From IMG/VR virus record IMGVR_UViG_3300005264_000830, positions 32,001-96,000 of that record: a DNA stretch of 64,000 bases. One strand, given 5' to 3'. This document shows, one piece after another, positions 62,427-64,000 of the stretch. The notes under the pieces are model-generated. The model made no database searches, was not told the DNA's origin, and saw nothing but the letters and a program-made list of their open reading frames with translations. The translations under genes were made by a program, and so were the position numbers. How positions within the stretch are numbered: position 1 is the first letter of the stretch; every line of letters starts with the position of its first letter. This stretch comes from a virus.

Positions 62427-62452
62427 TAATAAACTAACCTATATATAAGTAG
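62427..62452 (+). promoter_or_regulatory. Putative phage-specific promoter motif
   Basis: TAATAAACTAACCTATATATAAGTAG, 23/26 identical to 12924-12949. Confidence 0.55.
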
Positions 62453-62493
62453 AATACAGATAAATTTATTAATAATTAAACAAAGAGGTACAA

Positions 62494-63618
62494 ATGGAAT
62501 TTTTTATCAAAACTGACGCCGTTCAGCGTGCCGTCAAGCTGTTGAGTGTTACAGCCAAAGTAAACACTCTTTCGTTCGAAGGTCAAATTTTAATTAAAAC
62601 ACTAGATGATAAGGTATTGTTTTTGTCTAATAATGGAAAGTCAGGAATTTCTTGTGAGATTCCAGCAAAGATAATAACTTCTGGAGAAACTACTGTAACA
62701 TACAGTAAAATGAAGTCTTTTATTATGACGTTCTCTCCTTGGGATGGAGAAACAGGTTCAAAAGATTTTCAGTTTGTAACTAAATCTCCAAGACTACATA
62801 TTAATGTAATAACTTCACTAGAGAGTGGATTAGAGACTAGTAGTAGTTTAAAATTAGATCAAATTAAGTCTTCTGCTTTTGTTTCTCAAGTGAAACTTAC
62901 AGAGCCAAATCTTATTATCAATTCAAGTCTTTTAAAATCAGCAATAGATAAAGCAATATATGCAATAGATCCTAGTAGTGGTATTGACTACGTCAAGGGT
63001 TTAAGAATGCTAGTTGAAGGAGAAACTATTAGATTTACTTCAACTAACGCAAGGGTTTTATCCGACTATGCTGTATCTGGTAATAATAAACTTAAAGATG
63101 GTGACTATTTTCTTTCTTATGAATTCCTTATGGGACTTAGGAGAGTATTAATAGACGATACTCAGTTATTTTTTGAAATAACTAATAAGAAAACTATTTT
63201 GTCTATTGATGATGTCATTTTCTGGTCTACAACACTATCTTATAAGGATTACCCAGAGTACATGGGCATATTTTCTAATTTTGATAAGACTGTGGAAGTA
63301 GATAGGGAAACTCTACTTAATGGTATTACTTCATTTGCTGATGTTTTAAATTCTGAAGATTATAATCGAGTAACAATATCCTTAAAAGACAATACTCTTT
63401 CTTTAATTGCCGATGATGCTTTATTTGAATACCCAGGAATATTGAGTAACGATGAGTTCTCGTTAGATGTTGATGGAGTAGACTTAAAAAATACTTTATT
63501 TTCTCTTGGAGATGATACGTTAAAACTTAAATGTATTGATGCAAATCATGGTATAATACTTGAATCTTCTGGTTTTGAAGATCATAAAGCCTATGTTGTT
63601 AATCTAAAAGTAAGATAG
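62494..63618 (+). CDS. dnaN: DNA polymerase III beta sliding clamp homolog
   Basis: 374 aa; MEF.I....Q..V..L, LKSAIDKAIYA, STNARVL (ATDGHRL-like), YKDYPEY..IF, VDRETLL; three-domain clamp length. Confidence 0.82.
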   Translation: MEFFIKTDAVQRAVKLLSVTAKVNTLSFEGQILIKTLDDKVLFLSNNGKSGISCEIPAKIITSGETTVTYSKMKSFIMTFSPWDGETGSKDFQFVTKSPRLHINVITSLESGLETSSSLKLDQIKSSAFVSQVKLTEPNLIINSSLLKSAIDKAIYAIDPSSGIDYVKGLRMLVEGETIRFTSTNARVLSDYAVSGNNKLKDGDYFLSYEFLMGLRRVLIDDTQLFFEITNKKTILSIDDVIFWSTTLSYKDYPEYMGIFSNFDKTVEVDRETLLNGITSFADVLNSEDYNRVTISLKDNTLSLIADDALFEYPGILSNDEFSLDVDGVDLKNTLFSLGDDTLKLKCIDANHGIILESSGFEDHKAYVVNLKVR

Positions 63619-63627
63619 TATATATAT

Positions 63628-64000
63628 ATGTTTAAAGAAGATAAATATATTAAAGAATTAAATAATGCGTTAGTAAGTTTAAAAGATGACAATTCTTTGA
63701 TTTCTGATAGAATAAAGTATGATAACTTATTAACTGCGTGTATATCTATTATAAAACACAATAATTACGCTGTTATTATGCGCCCTAAGGGAGCAAAAAA
63801 TACTAAAGTAGCTAAAGATTTGGTGGCTTTGTACTACCATTTAGCACAGTTCCATTTAGGACAAATTACTTTATATAGAAATGATAAAGTTGACTTTCCT
63901 ATTGCAAAACGTTTAGTAGAAAAAATGCAATTTAGTACTAAATTAGAGTATAAAGACGCTATTTCAAAGTGTGTACAGATAATAGAGGGGCTATTTAAGT
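63628..64000 (+). CDS. Hypothetical protein, truncated by the window end
   Basis: ATG 63628, MFKEDKYIKELNNAL..., open to the end of the window; absent from the ORF track. Confidence 0.65.
   Translation, partial: MFKEDKYIKELNNALVSLKDDNSLISDRIKYDNLLTACISIIKHNNYAVIMRPKGAKNTKVAKDLVALYYHLAQFHLGQITLYRNDKVDFPIAKRLVEKMQFSTKLEYKDAISKCVQIIEGLFK

Noticed and set aside
62494-63618. Chromosomal origin region (dnaA-dnaN)
   Set aside because: No dnaA, recF or gyrB, and no DnaA-box cluster seen; the context is virus-like
63619-63629. (TA)n microsatellite
   Set aside because: Too short to be meaningful in such AT-rich DNA
1-64000. Stop-codon reassignment, as seen in some large phages
   Set aside because: Very long ORFs are intact in the standard code, and TAA, TAG and TGA all end genes at tight junctions
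1-64000. CRISPR array, tRNA, rRNA, integrase or transposase
   Set aside because: No regularly spaced repeats or cloverleaf-like sequences seen, intergenic gaps are mostly under 60 bp, and no recombinase motifs were recognised

Overview
AT-rich window in which essentially all credible genes lie on the + strand. They are tightly packed, many with AGGAG-type ribosome binding sites, and all three stop codons are used (standard code). It reads as the virion-structural (tail, baseplate, fibre/adhesin) region of a large tailed bacteriophage. This is an inference: no capsid, portal, terminase or tape-measure gene is recognisable. About 62 kb encodes mostly novel, modular proteins, including giants of 1863, 3766 and 3499 aa. 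These reuse a small domain toolkit: LamG/ConA-like sandwiches, DUF2341-like, Ig-like, SPRY, a galactose-binding/FBA-like domain and DTPxxY fibre repeats, often nested inside one another. Embedded in the block are a degenerate two-subunit thiamine-diphosphate decarboxylase pair (ComD/ComE or phosphonopyruvate decarboxylase type) and a sigma70-promoter-driven island with an FmdB-like zinc ribbon. The window ends with tandem sigma70 promoters and a DnaN-type sliding clamp, probably the start of a replication module. The most notable unexplained signals are a T-x-S-G motif scattered through nearly all putative virion proteins, a ~70-aa module shared by four adhesin-like proteins, and a conserved 26-bp intergenic motif that may be a late promoter. 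All domain calls are by-eye motif recognition, not database results.
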